64,000 nt of DNA from NCBI GenBank assembly GCA_038062955.1, contig JBBTWE010000001.1:101411-165410 (forward strand), in the 5' to 3' direction. A program made the position numbers and the translations under genes. Below are positions 25,992 through 37,118 of this stretch, in pieces (the stretch's first letter is position 1; each line of letters opens with the position of its first letter). The notes under the pieces are model-generated. The model saw nothing but the letters and a program-made list of their open reading frames with translations, made no database searches and was not told the DNA's origin. This DNA comes from Patescibacteria group bacterium. Lineage in GTDB: Bacteria > Patescibacteriota > Minisyncoccia > Phycocordibacterales > BOKC01.

Positions 25992-28685
25992 ATGCCTCCA
26001 TTTAACAACTTCACAACTAAAGCAAAAGAAGCGATTCGTAAAGCTCACGAACTTGCGATTGAGCGGGGACAGAACCATGTAAATCCTCTGCACCTTTTGG
26101 CTGCTCTAATTTTACAAGAGGAAAGCATGGTTGCGTCTATTCTCGATCGATTAGAAGTCGATACTATATTACTGACAGATTCGATTTTGGATTCCATAGA
26201 AACTCCGGAAGCTTCTTCAACTGTTGCTCCTTCATATCAGATATATATCACTCCAGAACTTGCTCAAACAATTGAGATGAGCGCTAAAATCGCTACAAGT
26301 TTAAATGACGAATTTGTTTCAACCGAACACTTATTTATCGCGAGCTCCGAAGTGCCTGCTACTGCCAAAGACATTCTGCTTCGCTTCAAAATAGACAAAG
26401 AAAGAATACTTGCTGTATTAGAGGAGCTTAAAACTGGGAAAATTACCGATGTTCATCCTCCCAAAAAACATAAATTTTTGGCCAAATATACTCGTAGTCT
26501 CACAAAGCTCGCTGCCGAAAATAAACTCGACCCAGTAATTGGCCGAGATGTTGAGATCTCGAGAATTATTCAAATCCTTTCTCGTCGAAAGAAAAATAAT
26601 CCGATTCTTATCGGAGAAGCAGGAGTAGGTAAAACTGCTATCGCCGAAGGCCTTGCTATCAAGATGTCTAAAGGTGATGTGCCGGAATCTTTGAAAGACA
26701 AAGAATTGGTTTCGCTAGACTTGGGACTTTTAATTGCTGGCACAAAATACCGAGGAGAATTCGAAGAAAGACTTAAGAAGATTTTAAAAGAAATTGAAAG
26801 GTCTGAAGGCAAGATCGTTCTTTTCATAGACGAAATTCATACGATTGTCGGAGCCGGAGCCGCCGAAGGTTCGATTGATGCTTCAAATATGTTGAAGCCT
26901 GCGTTAGCTCAAGGTGATCTTCGGGCAATCGGTGCGACTACTCTAAGGGAGTATCAAAAATATATTGAAAAGGACCCAGCCCTCACCCGACGTTTTCAGC
27001 CGGTCTTTATAAACGAACCAAATACCGAGGATGCGGTAACGATTTTGCGAGGTCTTAAAGAAAAATACGAGTTGTATCACGGTGTTAGAATCACAGACGA
27101 TGCTATTTTGGCCGCGGTAAATTTAAGTAGCAGATACATTACTGATAGATTCTTGCCGGATAAGGCAGTTGATTTAATTGATGAATCAGCTTCACAACTT
27201 AAAATTTCTCTCGAAAATATGCCGCCGATTTTGGAAGAGACCCATTCAAAACTTATGAAGCTCGAAATAGAGCGACAAGCTTTATCTCAAGAATTGAAAG
27301 TGTCCAAGACCAACACAAAGGTCAAGACTAGAATAAAAGAAATTGAAAAAGAAATCGCAGACCTCAAAGAAAAAACTAGCGAAATTGAACTCAAATGGAA
27401 AAACGAAAAAGAAATTGTTTCTGAAATAAAATCTATTAAAAAAGAAGCTGAATCTTTAAGAATGGAAGCAGAAAAAGCAGAAAGCCGAAGCGATCTCACT
27501 TTGGTTGCGGAAATTAGATATGGAAAGATTCCTGCGTTGCAAAAAGATTTAGAGACTAAAACCAAAAAATTAAAAAAACTTCAGAGTTCGAGAAGAATTC
27601 TTCGTGAAGAAATTACCGAAGCCGATATTGCTGACGTGGTTTCTCGCTGGACTGGCATTCCAATGTCAAAAATGCTCGAATCCGAACTTCAGAAACTCGA
27701 TAGAATGGAAGACGTCCTTAAAAAGAGAATTGTCGGCCAAGATGAAGCTGTTAGAAAAATCAGTGAAACTGTGAAGAGATCACGCGCTGGAATTGCTGAT
27801 CCAAATAAGCCGATTGGTTCGTTTATTTTCCTAGGTCCTACTGGAGTGGGTAAAACAGAGCTCACCAAGGCGCTCGCAGAATTTATGTTTGATGATGAGA
27901 ATGCGCTCATCCGAGTAGACATGTCGGAATACATGGAAAAACATTCTGTCTCTAAAATTATTGGTGCGCCTCCTGGGTATGTTGGATATGACGAAGGTGG
28001 AAGCTTTACCGAAAAAATAAGACATAGACCATACGCAGTTATTCTTTTTGATGAAATTGAAAAAGCTCATCCTGAAGTTTTCAACTTGCTTCTCCAAGTT
28101 TTGGATAACGGCCGCTTAACTGACGCCAAAGGGAGAACTATCAATTTCAAGAATTCGATCATCGTTCTTACTTCAAACGTTGGCGCTCAATACATAGATA
28201 GGATGCAAAAAATCGGCTTTGGAGGTTCAGAAGGAGATGACAGCTACAAAGAAATGAAAGACAAAGTGATGAATAGTCTCAAAGATCATTTCAAACCAGA
28301 ATTCTTAAACAGGTTGGATGATATTATTGTCTTTGATTCGCTCTCAAAGCCGGCCATCGAAGAAATCGCTAAGCTTCAGGTGGAAGCGGTTGTAGAGAGA
28401 TTACTCCAGAAAGAAATTACACTTTTGGTTTCTCCTGAAGTGATTTCATACTTGGGTCAAATTGGTTTTGACCCGCAATATGGCGCAAGACCACTGAAGA
28501 GAATTATTCAAAATAAAATTTTGACTCCGGTTGCGTCTCTCATGATTTCTAGGGGTTTGCTTAAAGGTGGAACAGTTTCGGTTAAATTAGGCCCCGACAA
28601 AGAATTTAAATTTGAGGTAAAGAAAGGTAGAAAGGGGAGTGTTATGAGTGAAGAGATATTCGAGAATTCTGCGGTGACTAAATAA
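25992..28685 (+). CDS. clpB: ATP-dependent chaperone ClpB
   Basis: Clp_N repeats, two AAA+ modules ([10 protein letters not shown]; [10 protein letters not shown]) about 400 aa apart with a long coiled-coil M-domain. Start trimmed to MPPFNNF because the upstream ATG lies inside the repeat hairpin. Confidence 0.9.
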   Translation: MPPFNNFTTKAKEAIRKAHELAIERGQNHVNPLHLLAALILQEESMVASILDRLEVDTILLTDSILDSIETPEASSTVAPSYQIYITPELAQTIEMSAKIATSLNDEFVSTEHLFIASSEVPATAKDILLRFKIDKERILAVLEELKTGKITDVHPPKKHKFLAKYTRSLTKLAAENKLDPVIGRDVEISRIIQILSRRKKNNPILIGEAGVGKTAIAEGLAIKMSKGDVPESLKDKELVSLDLGLLIAGTKYRGEFEERLKKILKEIERSEGKIVLFIDEIHTIVGAGAAEGSIDASNMLKPALAQGDLRAIGATTLREYQKYIEKDPALTRRFQPVFINEPNTEDAVTILRGLKEKYELYHGVRITDDAILAAVNLSSRYITDRFLPDKAVDLIDESASQLKISLENMPPILEETHSKLMKLEIERQALSQELKVSKTNTKVKTRIKEIEKEIADLKEKTSEIELKWKNEKEIVSEIKSIKKEAESLRMEAEKAESRSDLTLVAEIRYGKIPALQKDLETKTKKLKKLQSSRRILREEITEADIADVVSRWTGIPMSKMLESELQKLDRMEDVLKKRIVGQDEAVRKISETVKRSRAGIADPNKPIGSFIFLGPTGVGKTELTKALAEFMFDDENALIRVDMSEYMEKHSVSKIIGAPPGYVGYDEGGSFTEKIRHRPYAVILFDEIEKAHPEVFNLLLQVLDNGRLTDAKGRTINFKNSIIVLTSNVGAQYIDRMQKIGFGGSEGDDSYKEMKDKVMNSLKDHFKPEFLNRLDDIIVFDSLSKPAIEEIAKLQVEAVVERLLQKEITLLVSPEVISYLGQIGFDPQYGARPLKRIIQNKILTPVASLMISRGLLKGGTVSVKLGPDKEFKFEVKKGRKGSVMSEEIFENSAVTK

Positions 28686-28699
28686 AATTAAATTTTTTT

Positions 28700-28740
28700 T
28701 AGTTCTACACAAATAGCCACATCTGTGGCTATTTGTGTAA
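28700..28740 (+). terminator. hairpin terminator after clpB
   Basis: ACACAAATAGCCACA-TCT-GTGGCTATTTGTGT preceded by T-run. Confidence 0.6.
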
Positions 28741-28858
28741 TGACCTAGTTGATATTGAAAGAAAATATATATTAATTTTATAACTATTTAGTCAATCTAG
28801 TATCTACCTGTGTATAATTCTGTTTGACCTCATTATAGATTCTTTTATAATTAATAAT

Positions 28859-29485
28859 ATGGGGAAGATTCCACATTCAAAACTTGAGATGTTAAAGCAT
28901 CTCTATTATGAGAAAAAATTAAGCATGCGTAGTATCGCGGATTTATTGGGGGTTTCTCTAGACGCTGTTATTTATTTTATGCGACATTTTGAACTGAAAA
29001 GGAGAACTTTCAGTGAAATAAGCAAGATAAAATTTGAAAATAAGAAACCTTCCTTTAAAGAAAAAAAGATAAATTCTATTTATGAAAAAGAGTTAAGAGC
29101 AATAGGAGTAATGTTATATTGGGGAGAAGGATATAAAACTAATAAAAGCACCTGTGTGGATTTTGCTAACAGTGATCCTGAGATGATAGACATGTTTGTT
29201 AAATATCTAAACAACACTTATGAATTACAGAAAAGTAAATTTAGAGTTTTGTTGTATTGCTACTCAGATCAAAATATAAAGGACCTTATTGATTTTTGGA
29301 GTAAATTGACGAAAATTCCAAAAAATCAATTTACTAAACCATATGTTAGAAAAGATTTTAGACAAGACGGTAGAAAAATGAAGCACGGTTTAGTGCACAT
29401 TAGATACCATGATAAGAAACTATTATTGAATATAAAAAATTATATAGACTTTTACAAAAATAAGTTTTTGGGAATTAAACGCTGA
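28859..29485 (+). CDS. HTH-domain protein of unknown function
   Basis: N-terminal helix-turn-helix (LSMRSIADLLGVSLDAVIYFM); remainder unassigned; directly upstream of tRNA-Tyr. Confidence 0.45.
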   Translation: MGKIPHSKLEMLKHLYYEKKLSMRSIADLLGVSLDAVIYFMRHFELKRRTFSEISKIKFENKKPSFKEKKINSIYEKELRAIGVMLYWGEGYKTNKSTCVDFANSDPEMIDMFVKYLNNTYELQKSKFRVLLYCYSDQNIKDLIDFWSKLTKIPKNQFTKPYVRKDFRQDGRKMKHGLVHIRYHDKKLLLNIKNYIDFYKNKFLGIKR

Positions 29486-29538
29486 TCAGAGGTTGCCCTT
29501 TAGGTCTTTTTAAGGTAATTTTTATGTGTATGTAAATT

Positions 29539-29621
29539 GCGTCGGTCGTATAGTGGCAATTACACCACGCTGTAAACGTGGCGCCCTCTGGGCTACGGGG
29601 GTTCGAGTCCCTCCCGACGCA
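29539..29621 (+). tRNA. tRNA-Tyr (GTA)
   Basis: Acceptor GCGTCGG/CCGACGC, anticodon stem CCACG/CGTGG, loop CTGTAAA, long variable arm, T-loop TTCGAGT. Confidence 0.85.
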
Positions 29622-29745
29622 CAGCATAATTTTCGATCTTATTTTTCCTTGATGACTGTTATATTACGTGCTAAATTCATACTCGGATTCGAGCTTCAAG
29701 CTCATTGTGTTCATTTTACAACTAACCTGTCTAAGGAGCAGAACA

Positions 29746-30312
29746 ATGCAAGAAGTTCAACCTGGTTTGTTTGCGGTCGAAGGGGAGATGCCGTGTAATC
29801 CGGAAGCTATTCACACCAAACCTTACTCGCTAGTCTCGACCGAAGGTACGCCGAGACATGGTGAAGAAATAGCAGTGCGTATTCTCACTTTTTCTCAAAG
29901 GCTTGGCCGATGGGTTGGGGTGAGCTGGATCTGTTTGCGCGACATGGCAATCGAAGACCACAAGACGGCGTTTCGTATTAGAGAAGCCGAAACGCGATAT
30001 GGGAGAGCTGTCCGTCGGCACGACTTTCTGTGCGGGGTTACTCGCGGTTTCTTCTCTCGACTTGTGAAGAGCCCGAGGATTCGCAAGAAAGATTTTTTCC
30101 CGGAAAAGTTGCCTGCCACTGGAATCTTCCAATTCCCTCATTGCATCGATGCTGGCCTCGGTGAGCTTACAAGAGGGGAGATGTTGGTCGTGAAAAGGGG
30201 TGAAAAATCCATGAGGCAGGACATATTTTTTCCGACTCCCGCTCTTGTTTCGTTCATTCTAGAGAGGCAGAAGAAAGCTTCGACTGAAGACACGAGAGTC
30301 ATGACGAGGTAG
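29746..30312 (+). CDS. hypothetical protein, GC-rich islet downstream of tRNA-Tyr
   Basis: 189 aa from MQEVQPG; GC about 52%. Antisense ORFs in the same tract judged spurious. Hairpin plus T-run terminator at about 30308-30350. Confidence 0.4.
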   Translation: MQEVQPGLFAVEGEMPCNPEAIHTKPYSLVSTEGTPRHGEEIAVRILTFSQRLGRWVGVSWICLRDMAIEDHKTAFRIREAETRYGRAVRRHDFLCGVTRGFFSRLVKSPRIRKKDFFPEKLPATGIFQFPHCIDAGLGELTRGEMLVVKRGEKSMRQDIFFPTPALVSFILERQKKASTEDTRVMTR

Positions 30313-30480
30313 TTGTGGTCATAAACGCAGATCAGAGATGATCCGCGTTTTTTTTATTCTGCTCAACGTGAATTTGCATTATTTATAGTATTATGGTAGA
30401 GTGTTGCCAGATTCGGTCCCATCCGAAAAACGTGCCATGACGTGTTTCGTGGTTTGTTCTAATCACACGAGGAGAGCAAG

Positions 30481-30717
30481 ATGGCGAGAAACAAGACAGC
30501 GCCGAAGTCCCGTCGATTGAATTGTCGAGTCAATTCTCATTTTTTGGAAACAATAGAGGGAATTCGAGTAAGAACTCGCAGTGACAATGCTTCTGACGTG
30601 GTACGCCGTGCGATATATGTGTACGAAATGCTACTTGCTTCCCAGAAAGAAGGAGCGGAATTGATTCTTCGACAAAAGGACGGCACTGAAAAGCAGCTTC
30701 TTTCATTGGAGTTCTAG
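30481..30717 (+). CDS. ribbon-helix-helix (CopG/ParD-like) DNA-binding protein
   Basis: 78 aa; RLNCRVNSHFLETIEGIRVRTRSDNASDVVRRAI fits RHH beta-strand plus two helices. AGGAG RBS; upstream ACGTG direct repeats. Confidence 0.45.
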   Translation: MARNKTAPKSRRLNCRVNSHFLETIEGIRVRTRSDNASDVVRRAIYVYEMLLASQKEGAELILRQKDGTEKQLLSLEF

Positions 30718-30814
30718 TTCTGTGCATAGCTGTAAGGGGCCTTTGCTGGATAACACGCAGGGCCTTTTTTTATTGTATTGCTCCAGACATTTAAATCTGT
30801 TAATTTTAGGACAA

Positions 30815-31963
30815 ATGAATTTCGGAGAAAAAAATGGATTGCGGACTTGGATTGAGATAGATAAAAAAGCTATAAAGCATAACTACCAAGTTTTGCGTAA
30901 ATCCATGTCTCCAAAGTGTCTTCTTATGGCGGTTGTAAAGTCGAACGCTTACGGCCATAGTCTTTTGGATTTTTCAAAAAATATTAGCGCTTTGGGGGTT
31001 GATTGGTTCGGGGTGGACTCGGTTACAGAAGCGATTCCTCTTCGAAAAGCCGGCACAAAAAAACCAATTTTAATTTTAGGATATACATTGCCAGCGATGA
31101 TGCAAAAAGCAGTTTCTAATGATATTAGTCTCACAATATCTTCGTTCGAATCTCTTAAGGTTCTGGAGAAAATAAACGGCAAGTTAAAAATAAAAATCCA
31201 TATCAAGGTGGATACAGGAATGCATAGACAAGGTTTTTTGCAGAAAGATTTGATTCAAGTAATCGAAATTTTAAAAAAACTTTCAAAGAAAAAAAGTAAT
31301 TTAGTGGTTGAAGGTTTATTTACCCATTTTGCTTCTGGTAAAGATCCAAAAAATCCAACATTTACCATTGATCAACTTAAGGAATTTGAAAAATGGAGAA
31401 TCGCTTTTAAGGACGCTGGGTGGAAGCCAATTGTGCATGCCTCCGCGAGTGCTGGAACACTACTTTTTCCAGAGGCACATTTTGATATGGTTCGTCTAGG
31501 AATATCGCTTTATGGAATCTGGCCTTCGGAAGAAGTTCGTTTGGGAGTTGAGAGTAAGATTTCTCTTAAACCGATCCTTTCTTGGAAAACGTTAATAAGC
31601 GAAATTAAAACTGTTCCCGCAGGTTCAAAAATCGGCTACGACTGCACTGAAACTTTGGACAAAGAGACGCAAATTGCTAATTGCCCGATAGGTTATTGGC
31701 ATGGTTTTCCTCGTGCGCTTTCATCTGTCGGCTATGTTTTGGTGAAGGGTAAAAAATGCAAAGTTTTGGGCAGGGTGTCCATGGATATGATTACAATTGA
31801 CGTCGGAGATGTTCAAAATCTCAAAGTGGGGGAGGAAGTGGTTGTGTTGGGTAAACAAGGCAGAGAAGATGTTACAGCTCACGATATGGCCATTCTCGCT
31901 GGTACTAGTAGTTATGAAATCATAACCCGTATCAATCCATTGATTAAACGCTCTTATATTTAA
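30815..31963 (+). CDS. alr: alanine racemase
   Basis: PLP-site AVVKSNAYGHS (Lys-Tyr), C-terminal barrel; start trimmed to MNFGEKNG. Confidence 0.85.
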   Translation: MNFGEKNGLRTWIEIDKKAIKHNYQVLRKSMSPKCLLMAVVKSNAYGHSLLDFSKNISALGVDWFGVDSVTEAIPLRKAGTKKPILILGYTLPAMMQKAVSNDISLTISSFESLKVLEKINGKLKIKIHIKVDTGMHRQGFLQKDLIQVIEILKKLSKKKSNLVVEGLFTHFASGKDPKNPTFTIDQLKEFEKWRIAFKDAGWKPIVHASASAGTLLFPEAHFDMVRLGISLYGIWPSEEVRLGVESKISLKPILSWKTLISEIKTVPAGSKIGYDCTETLDKETQIANCPIGYWHGFPRALSSVGYVLVKGKKCKVLGRVSMDMITIDVGDVQNLKVGEEVVVLGKQGREDVTAHDMAILAGTSSYEIITRINPLIKRSYI

Positions 31964-32061
31964 GTCTAAGATTTGCCTTTTTTGGTGTTTTCTATTATTC
32001 TATAGACCTTGTCAGTTTAAAGAAATCTGGCCCAAATTCTAACTATTAATATCAAACATTT

Positions 32062-32218
32062 ATGTCACAAGATAGACTCATAAAACTAGCCTGCAAGAAA
32101 TGCAAGAATATCAACTACTATTCATCCAAGAATAAAAAATTGGTTGAGAGGAAAATTGAGCTAAATAAATATTGCAAATTCTGCCGAAAAACCCAAGTTC
32201 ATAAAGAAGTGAAGAAAT
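32062..32218 (+). CDS. rpmG: 50S ribosomal protein L33
   Basis: 52-aa ORF MSQDRLIKLACKKCKNINYYSSKNKKLVERKIELNKYCKFCRKTQVHKEVKK with CxxC...CxxC zinc ribbon; below the ORF-track length cutoff. Confidence 0.8.
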
Positions 32219-32298
32219 AAGACACGATCCGAAGGTTAGAAAAAAACGATGGAAAATCATCGTTTTTTTTGTTACCATTGGAAAGTCATACAAATTAA

Positions 32299-32369
32299 GG
32301 GCGATTAGTTAAGTGGTATAACTGCGGTCTCCAAAACCGCCGTCGGAGGTCCGATTCCTCCATCGCCCG
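32299..32369 (+). tRNA. tRNA-Trp (CCA)
   Basis: Acceptor GGGCGAT/ATCGCCC, anticodon stem GCGGT/ACCGC, loop CTCCAAA, discriminator G. Confidence 0.85.
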
Positions 32370-32541
32370 CAATGATCAATAAGAAAGTCTAAACGACTTT
32401 CGAATTGAATATCATTTCGAGAAAGATGGGGAATCGGAAGTCGGAGCGCGACGGCGCGAGGCGGGGTCGCGAAATTTTTCAGCAGAAAAATATTTGTGAT
32501 CTATTCCTCCATTGCGTGCATTTGGTGGATTTTAAAGTAAA

Positions 32542-32581
32542 AATAACATACTCACATACTTGGTAATGTGAAAATGTTATT
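32542..32581. repeat. 40-nt hairpin element R5 (AATAACATACTCACATACTTGGTAATGTGAAAATGTTATT)
   Basis: Direct read; near-identical copy at 37119..37164; the pair brackets 32597..37019. Confidence 0.8.
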
Positions 32582-32596
32582 GTAGGATTTGATTAA

Positions 32597-35050
32597 TTGA
32601 ATTATATGGAGTTGATAAGGAATTTCGATAAAATAAGCAAAAATGACGCTGGAATTGCTGGTGGAAAAGGGGCGTCTCTTGGAGAAATGAGCCAAGCTGG
32701 GCTTCCTGTGCCACCTGGTTTTGTAATTCTCTCGGGATGTTTTGAACAGTTTCTCAAAGAAACTGATCTCTATCAGGAAATTGATTCTATTCTCCATAAG
32801 GTTAATCATAAAGAAATTCATACTGTCGAAGGAGCTTCTGAACAGATTCGAGAGCTTATTTTGAACGCAGAAATGCCAAAGGATATTTCCGTTGATATTC
32901 AAAAGAAATTTAAGAAACTTGATGCAAAATATGTAGCAGTGCGCTCGAGCGCAACAGCGGAGGACGGCAAGGATCATGCTTGGGCGGGACAACTCGAATC
33001 ATATTTGAATACGAGAGAAGCCGAGGTACTGGCAAAAGTAAAACTTTGTTGGTCTTCACTTTTTACCCCTCGGGCAATTTTCTACCGTTTCGAAAAAGGC
33101 TTACACTCAACAAAAATATCGGTGGCAGTTGTCATCCAAAAAATGGTGGAATCAGAATTTTCTGGCATTGCTTTCTCGGTCCATCCTGTTACTGAAGACT
33201 ATAATCAACTTATCATTGAAGCTGGTTTTGGTTTGGGAGAAGCGATTGTATCGGGCTCTGTTACACCAGACTCATATGTGGTAGAAAAGGAACCAAGAAA
33301 TATTTTGGATATAAACGTTTCAACTCAAGATCGTGCATTGTATCGATCAGAGAAATCTTTGGCCGAGCATGGTAATAATGAATGGAGAGATATTTCAGAA
33401 CCTCAAGCTTCATCTCAAGTTCTGACAACAGAACAGATTCTTGAACTTTCAGAAATTATTCTCAAAATCGAAAATCATTACGGTTTTCCGTGTGACATTG
33501 AATGGGCTTTTGAGAAAGGGAAGTTTTATATAACCCAAAGCAGACCGATTACGACACTTTCAAGTAATAAATCTTTAAAGAAAAAAATTCTTGCTGAAAA
33601 ATTCATTGAAGAGATTGGTAATCAAGAGCTTCGTCCACCTATCTACAATTCTTCTATGTTGGTGCATCAAAGTGGGTGGAATACATCTAAATATTTTGGA
33701 AAATACTATAAGTCACAAATTCCTTCTCCACTCTTTTTTCACACCAAAGGAAGTAGTGGGGTATTATATGCATCAACGGGGAAGGAGAAAGATCTTGTAA
33801 GTGAAGTTTTTCGCGAGTATTGGAAAAACGAGTCATATATTCATAATCGGTACGACATATTTAAAGATTTAACCAAAAAAATTGATGATATTTTTTTCAA
33901 GAAACTTACCTATAGCAATCTTTCGCGTTTAGCTGAAAAGCAGATCAATTCAATTGTTACCGAACTCGATGAAGTTACATGGAGCATGAATGCTGTGGCG
34001 TTCTATTCGATTTACTTTGATAAAAAAATTTGTGAGGAACTCGTGCAAGAGTTAGGTATTGGTATTTCCCAAGAACGTCTAGATTTTATCTGGGAAAAGG
34101 CTATTGTGGCGCCCGGTATTTCTTTTGAAAAACGAAGAAATCTTTATCTTTTGGAACTTATAGATCAGGGTAAGTCTTGGTCTGAGATAGGTGAATTATG
34201 CCAGTATTTTGATACCGGATATGACAAAATATTTTCTCCCACAGTTATCGAGGAAAAACTTCGCGAAAAATATTCTAGCTATACACCACAGAAAGCTTCT
34301 TCTGAAATTAATCTTGAAGATTTACAGACCGAGAAGAGATTAAAAGAAAACAAGAAATGGCTAGATTCGCTTTCAGATTCTGAGCGACGAATCGCACACT
34401 TCACACAATTTATAATTGAGTTACGTGATGAGCGAAAAGATTTCATTATGAAGGCAGTAACAGGATTCTATAAGATTGCGGAGCGTCTTTTTAAGGATGC
34501 TGGTATTCAAGAAGAATTCATGGTGTTTACAAGTATTCAAGAGCTCAAGAATGGTACGCAATATCTTAAGAAACATAAGGAAGAAATAATTTCTCGAGCC
34601 GAGAAAGGCGTTGTGTTGCTCGTACATTATAATAATGAACAGGAGTTGGAATATGGAACAGTCGAAGAAAATGAAAAATGTGTAAACGAATTTTTTCGCT
34701 CCCAGCAAGTTCACGATTTGAAATCCAACGAACTTCAAGGGCAGAGGGGATCATTTGGTACTGTCAAAGGCATTGCTCGAATTATTAAAGATTTATACGT
34801 AGATCGGGGAAGACTAAACCCTGGAGAAATACTTGTTACTGGTATGACACGGCCAGAATTTGTCCCTCTCATGAAAATTGCGGGTGGTATTGTTACAGAT
34901 GAAGGAGGTATTACATGCCATGCTGCTATAGTTTCTCGTGAACTTGGCATTCCTTGTGTGATTGGAACAAAAATTGCTACCCAAGTCTTGAAGGACGGAG
35001 ATATGGTGGAGATGGATGCCGATAATGGAATTGTAAAAATAATTAAATAA
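32597..35050 (+). CDS. PEP-utilising enzyme family protein: N-terminal PPDK_N ATP-grasp plus central domain plus C-terminal His-swivel mobile domain (PEP synthase / rifampin-phosphotransferase-like architecture, no TIM-barrel domain)
   Basis: [28 protein letters not shown] (PPDK_N); C-terminal [21 protein letters not shown] phospho-His swivel; 817 aa. Confidence 0.75.
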   Translation: MNYMELIRNFDKISKNDAGIAGGKGASLGEMSQAGLPVPPGFVILSGCFEQFLKETDLYQEIDSILHKVNHKEIHTVEGASEQIRELILNAEMPKDISVDIQKKFKKLDAKYVAVRSSATAEDGKDHAWAGQLESYLNTREAEVLAKVKLCWSSLFTPRAIFYRFEKGLHSTKISVAVVIQKMVESEFSGIAFSVHPVTEDYNQLIIEAGFGLGEAIVSGSVTPDSYVVEKEPRNILDINVSTQDRALYRSEKSLAEHGNNEWRDISEPQASSQVLTTEQILELSEIILKIENHYGFPCDIEWAFEKGKFYITQSRPITTLSSNKSLKKKILAEKFIEEIGNQELRPPIYNSSMLVHQSGWNTSKYFGKYYKSQIPSPLFFHTKGSSGVLYASTGKEKDLVSEVFREYWKNESYIHNRYDIFKDLTKKIDDIFFKKLTYSNLSRLAEKQINSIVTELDEVTWSMNAVAFYSIYFDKKICEELVQELGIGISQERLDFIWEKAIVAPGISFEKRRNLYLLELIDQGKSWSEIGELCQYFDTGYDKIFSPTVIEEKLREKYSSYTPQKASSEINLEDLQTEKRLKENKKWLDSLSDSERRIAHFTQFIIELRDERKDFIMKAVTGFYKIAERLFKDAGIQEEFMVFTSIQELKNGTQYLKKHKEEIISRAEKGVVLLVHYNNEQELEYGTVEENEKCVNEFFRSQQVHDLKSNELQGQRGSFGTVKGIARIIKDLYVDRGRLNPGEILVTGMTRPEFVPLMKIAGGIVTDEGGITCHAAIVSRELGIPCVIGTKIATQVLKDGDMVEMDADNGIVKIIK

Positions 35051-35058
35051 ATCTAAAC

Positions 35059-36381
35059 ATGTTAAAACCATCAGAATATACAAAAACAGTAAGAAGACCG
35101 TACCCACCACTACTTAGATCATTGATTTTGGCCGGGACTTCTAATCATAAACACCACAAACATTTTATGGAGGAAGTCTTTGTTTTTGAAGATTTTATTT
35201 CGGTTGATCATATCCTGTATTATGCTAAATCGACCCTTGAACGAAAGGCTAAAAACGTTCCATTTTATTGGATGAAGCCCGGAGTTTTAGAAAGAGTAAA
35301 AAATGAATTAGAGAAAAGAGAGAAAAAACTTATATCCGCTACTTCTCTAGAATTTAATGATTTTGCCAATGCTTATGAGGCCTATGTACCTGCCCTTGTA
35401 CTTATATTCTGTTGTGACGCGCCAGTAGCAAATGAGGTTCGAAAAAGATTATCAAAGAAAATTTCCGCAGAAGAGACAGAACACTTAATGAACGCTTTGA
35501 ATATTCCGCTACAAGATAATTACTATAAAAAAATTGACCACGATCTTTTAATGGCTGAAGATATTGATTCACACGTCAAAGAATATGAATGGATTAAATC
35601 TAGATATGGAGAAAAACATCCCTATACTAAAGAAGAAGCGTTGAAGAAATTAGAGGCATTAGACAAAGCTAGTTTCCTTGCTAAGTGGAATCATGAAAAA
35701 TCAGAATTAAAAGAGGTTATAAAAAAAGCAAAAGAAATTCTTGGCGGTGAAGATGCTGACATAATTGATTTTATGCAGTTTATAATTTTTTACCGCACTC
35801 AAAGAACTGATGTCTTAAACAGAGCTTCTTATCTTTTTATTCCAAAATTTGAAAAAATGGCGAAAGAGAGGGGCTTAAGTTATGTTGAATTATTACATTG
35901 CACTAAGGATGAAGTTGTTAATGATAATTTACCTTCACGAGAAGTTCTTAAGGAACGTATAAATGATTTCGTGATGTTGTTAGACAATGGAGTCGTTAGA
36001 TGTCTCTCGGGAGTTGCGACAGAGAAAATTAAGAAAATGTTTGCAGTTGAGACTTCTGAAATAAAAGAATTTAAGGGTGTTATTGCGTGTAAAGGTCAAG
36101 CGAAAGGAGTTGTAAGGGTTGTTCGAAACAGAAATGATTTTTCCAAAGTTCTTCCGGGTGATATTCTAGTTGCCAGCATGACTACACCAGACATGGTTCC
36201 GATAATGAATATTGCTTCTAGTTTTGTTACTGACGAAGGTGGTATTACTTGCCATGCGGCAATTGTATCCCGCGAACTCAAAAAACCTTGTATTATTGGT
36301 ACCAAAATCGCGACTCAGGTTTTAAAAGATGGGGACCTGGTGGAAGTAGATGCGAATAATGGAATTGTGAGAAAAATATAA
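35059..36381 (+). CDS. N-terminally truncated PEP-utilising enzyme paralog (central domain plus His-swivel, no ATP-grasp)
   Basis: C-terminal [44 protein letters not shown] nearly identical to upstream gene. [14 protein letters not shown] aligns with [14 protein letters not shown] of the 817-aa protein; 440 aa. Confidence 0.65.
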   Translation: MLKPSEYTKTVRRPYPPLLRSLILAGTSNHKHHKHFMEEVFVFEDFISVDHILYYAKSTLERKAKNVPFYWMKPGVLERVKNELEKREKKLISATSLEFNDFANAYEAYVPALVLIFCCDAPVANEVRKRLSKKISAEETEHLMNALNIPLQDNYYKKIDHDLLMAEDIDSHVKEYEWIKSRYGEKHPYTKEEALKKLEALDKASFLAKWNHEKSELKEVIKKAKEILGGEDADIIDFMQFIIFYRTQRTDVLNRASYLFIPKFEKMAKERGLSYVELLHCTKDEVVNDNLPSREVLKERINDFVMLLDNGVVRCLSGVATEKIKKMFAVETSEIKEFKGVIACKGQAKGVVRVVRNRNDFSKVLPGDILVASMTTPDMVPIMNIASSFVTDEGGITCHAAIVSRELKKPCIIGTKIATQVLKDGDLVEVDANNGIVRKI

Positions 36382-36388
36382 AAAAAAG

Positions 36389-36441
36389 AAGCCTTAGCCC
36401 ACTGTGTAGGGGCTAAGGCTTCGTGCCGGTGACTTCACCGG
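36389..36441. terminator. tandem hairpins between convergent genes
   Basis: AAGCCTTAGCCC-ACTGTGTA-GGGGCTAAGGCTT, then CCGGTGA-CT-TCACCGG. Confidence 0.6.
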
Positions 36442-37019
36442 ATAGAGGTGACCAAGAGGCGTCCGCGACGGATCATGTTGATCTGGAAACCTTCGCATTC
36501 ACCGATATTGGCTTCGAGAAAGATGCGCTTCTCCACTTCATCGGCGCCTTCTGTGAATGCAAGGCAGGAAGCGGGGAGAAGTACCGCATGTCCGACAACC
36601 AGCATTCTGGTTGGCGCATCGGATTCGATCAGTTCATCGATCCTCTCGGCCGCAATGCAAGCCAATGTTGCAATTGGCCCGCTCACCCCCGGGCCTTCTC
36701 TGTAGTAGGCATCGAGAGTGGCATAGCCAAGCTTCTTGAAGGCCGCATCCAACGCTTGTGCTCCCGGAAAGGCGGCATCGTAGAAGAGCCCGTCTACTTC
36801 CACTGTGGGTTCTTCTGCGGCGAGCCCCGCGACAATACGAGCGGTCTCCTCCGTCCGAGCAAGACCAGAATGGCAGATCAGATCGAACTGTGGATTGCCG
36901 AGTTGTTCTCGCCGCGCCATCGCTTGAGCTCGACCAGTGTCCGACAGAACGTGGGTCCTGTGGTCACCAGCCGTCTTCACCGTGTTCCCGTGACGCAGAA
37001 AAGTGATTCGAAGGCTCAT
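36435..37019 (-). CDS. histidine phosphatase superfamily protein (PGAM/SixA-like), GC-rich
   Basis: LRHGNT catalytic RHG motif, SGLARTEETA, VVGHAVLL second His; GC about 58% versus 35% surroundings; antisense + ORF 36423..37064 rejected. Confidence 0.75.
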   Translation of the reverse strand: MSLRITFLRHGNTVKTAGDHRTHVLSDTGRAQAMARREQLGNPQFDLICHSGLARTEETARIVAGLAAEEPTVEVDGLFYDAAFPGAQALDAAFKKLGYATLDAYYREGPGVSGPIATLACIAAERIDELIESDAPTRMLVVGHAVLLPASCLAFTEGADEVEKRIFLEANIGECEGFQINMIRRGRLLVTSIR

Positions 37020-37118
37020 CGCCCCCTCCGTATGGTTGTTGGTTTGAAAAGAACAGTACTATAAGAGTATAGCATAAGCTGTCATTATTGTCAACTAAAA
37101 GCCAAGATTTTGATATGC

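Noticed and set aside
32370-32540. GC-rich hairpin cluster (CGCGACGGCGCG, GGGGTCGCGAAATTTTT) just downstream of tRNA-Trp as a possible extra tRNA or att remnant
   Set aside because: No cloverleaf could be folded and no repeat of the tRNA-Trp 3' end was found. It is probably a terminator or processing structure, and was not elevated to a feature.
36423-37064. 213-aa plus-strand ORF overlapping the histidine phosphatase
   Set aside because: GC-rich DNA yields long ORFs on both strands. Only the minus-strand frame carries the RHG, S..RA.qTA and second-His motifs of histidine phosphatases.
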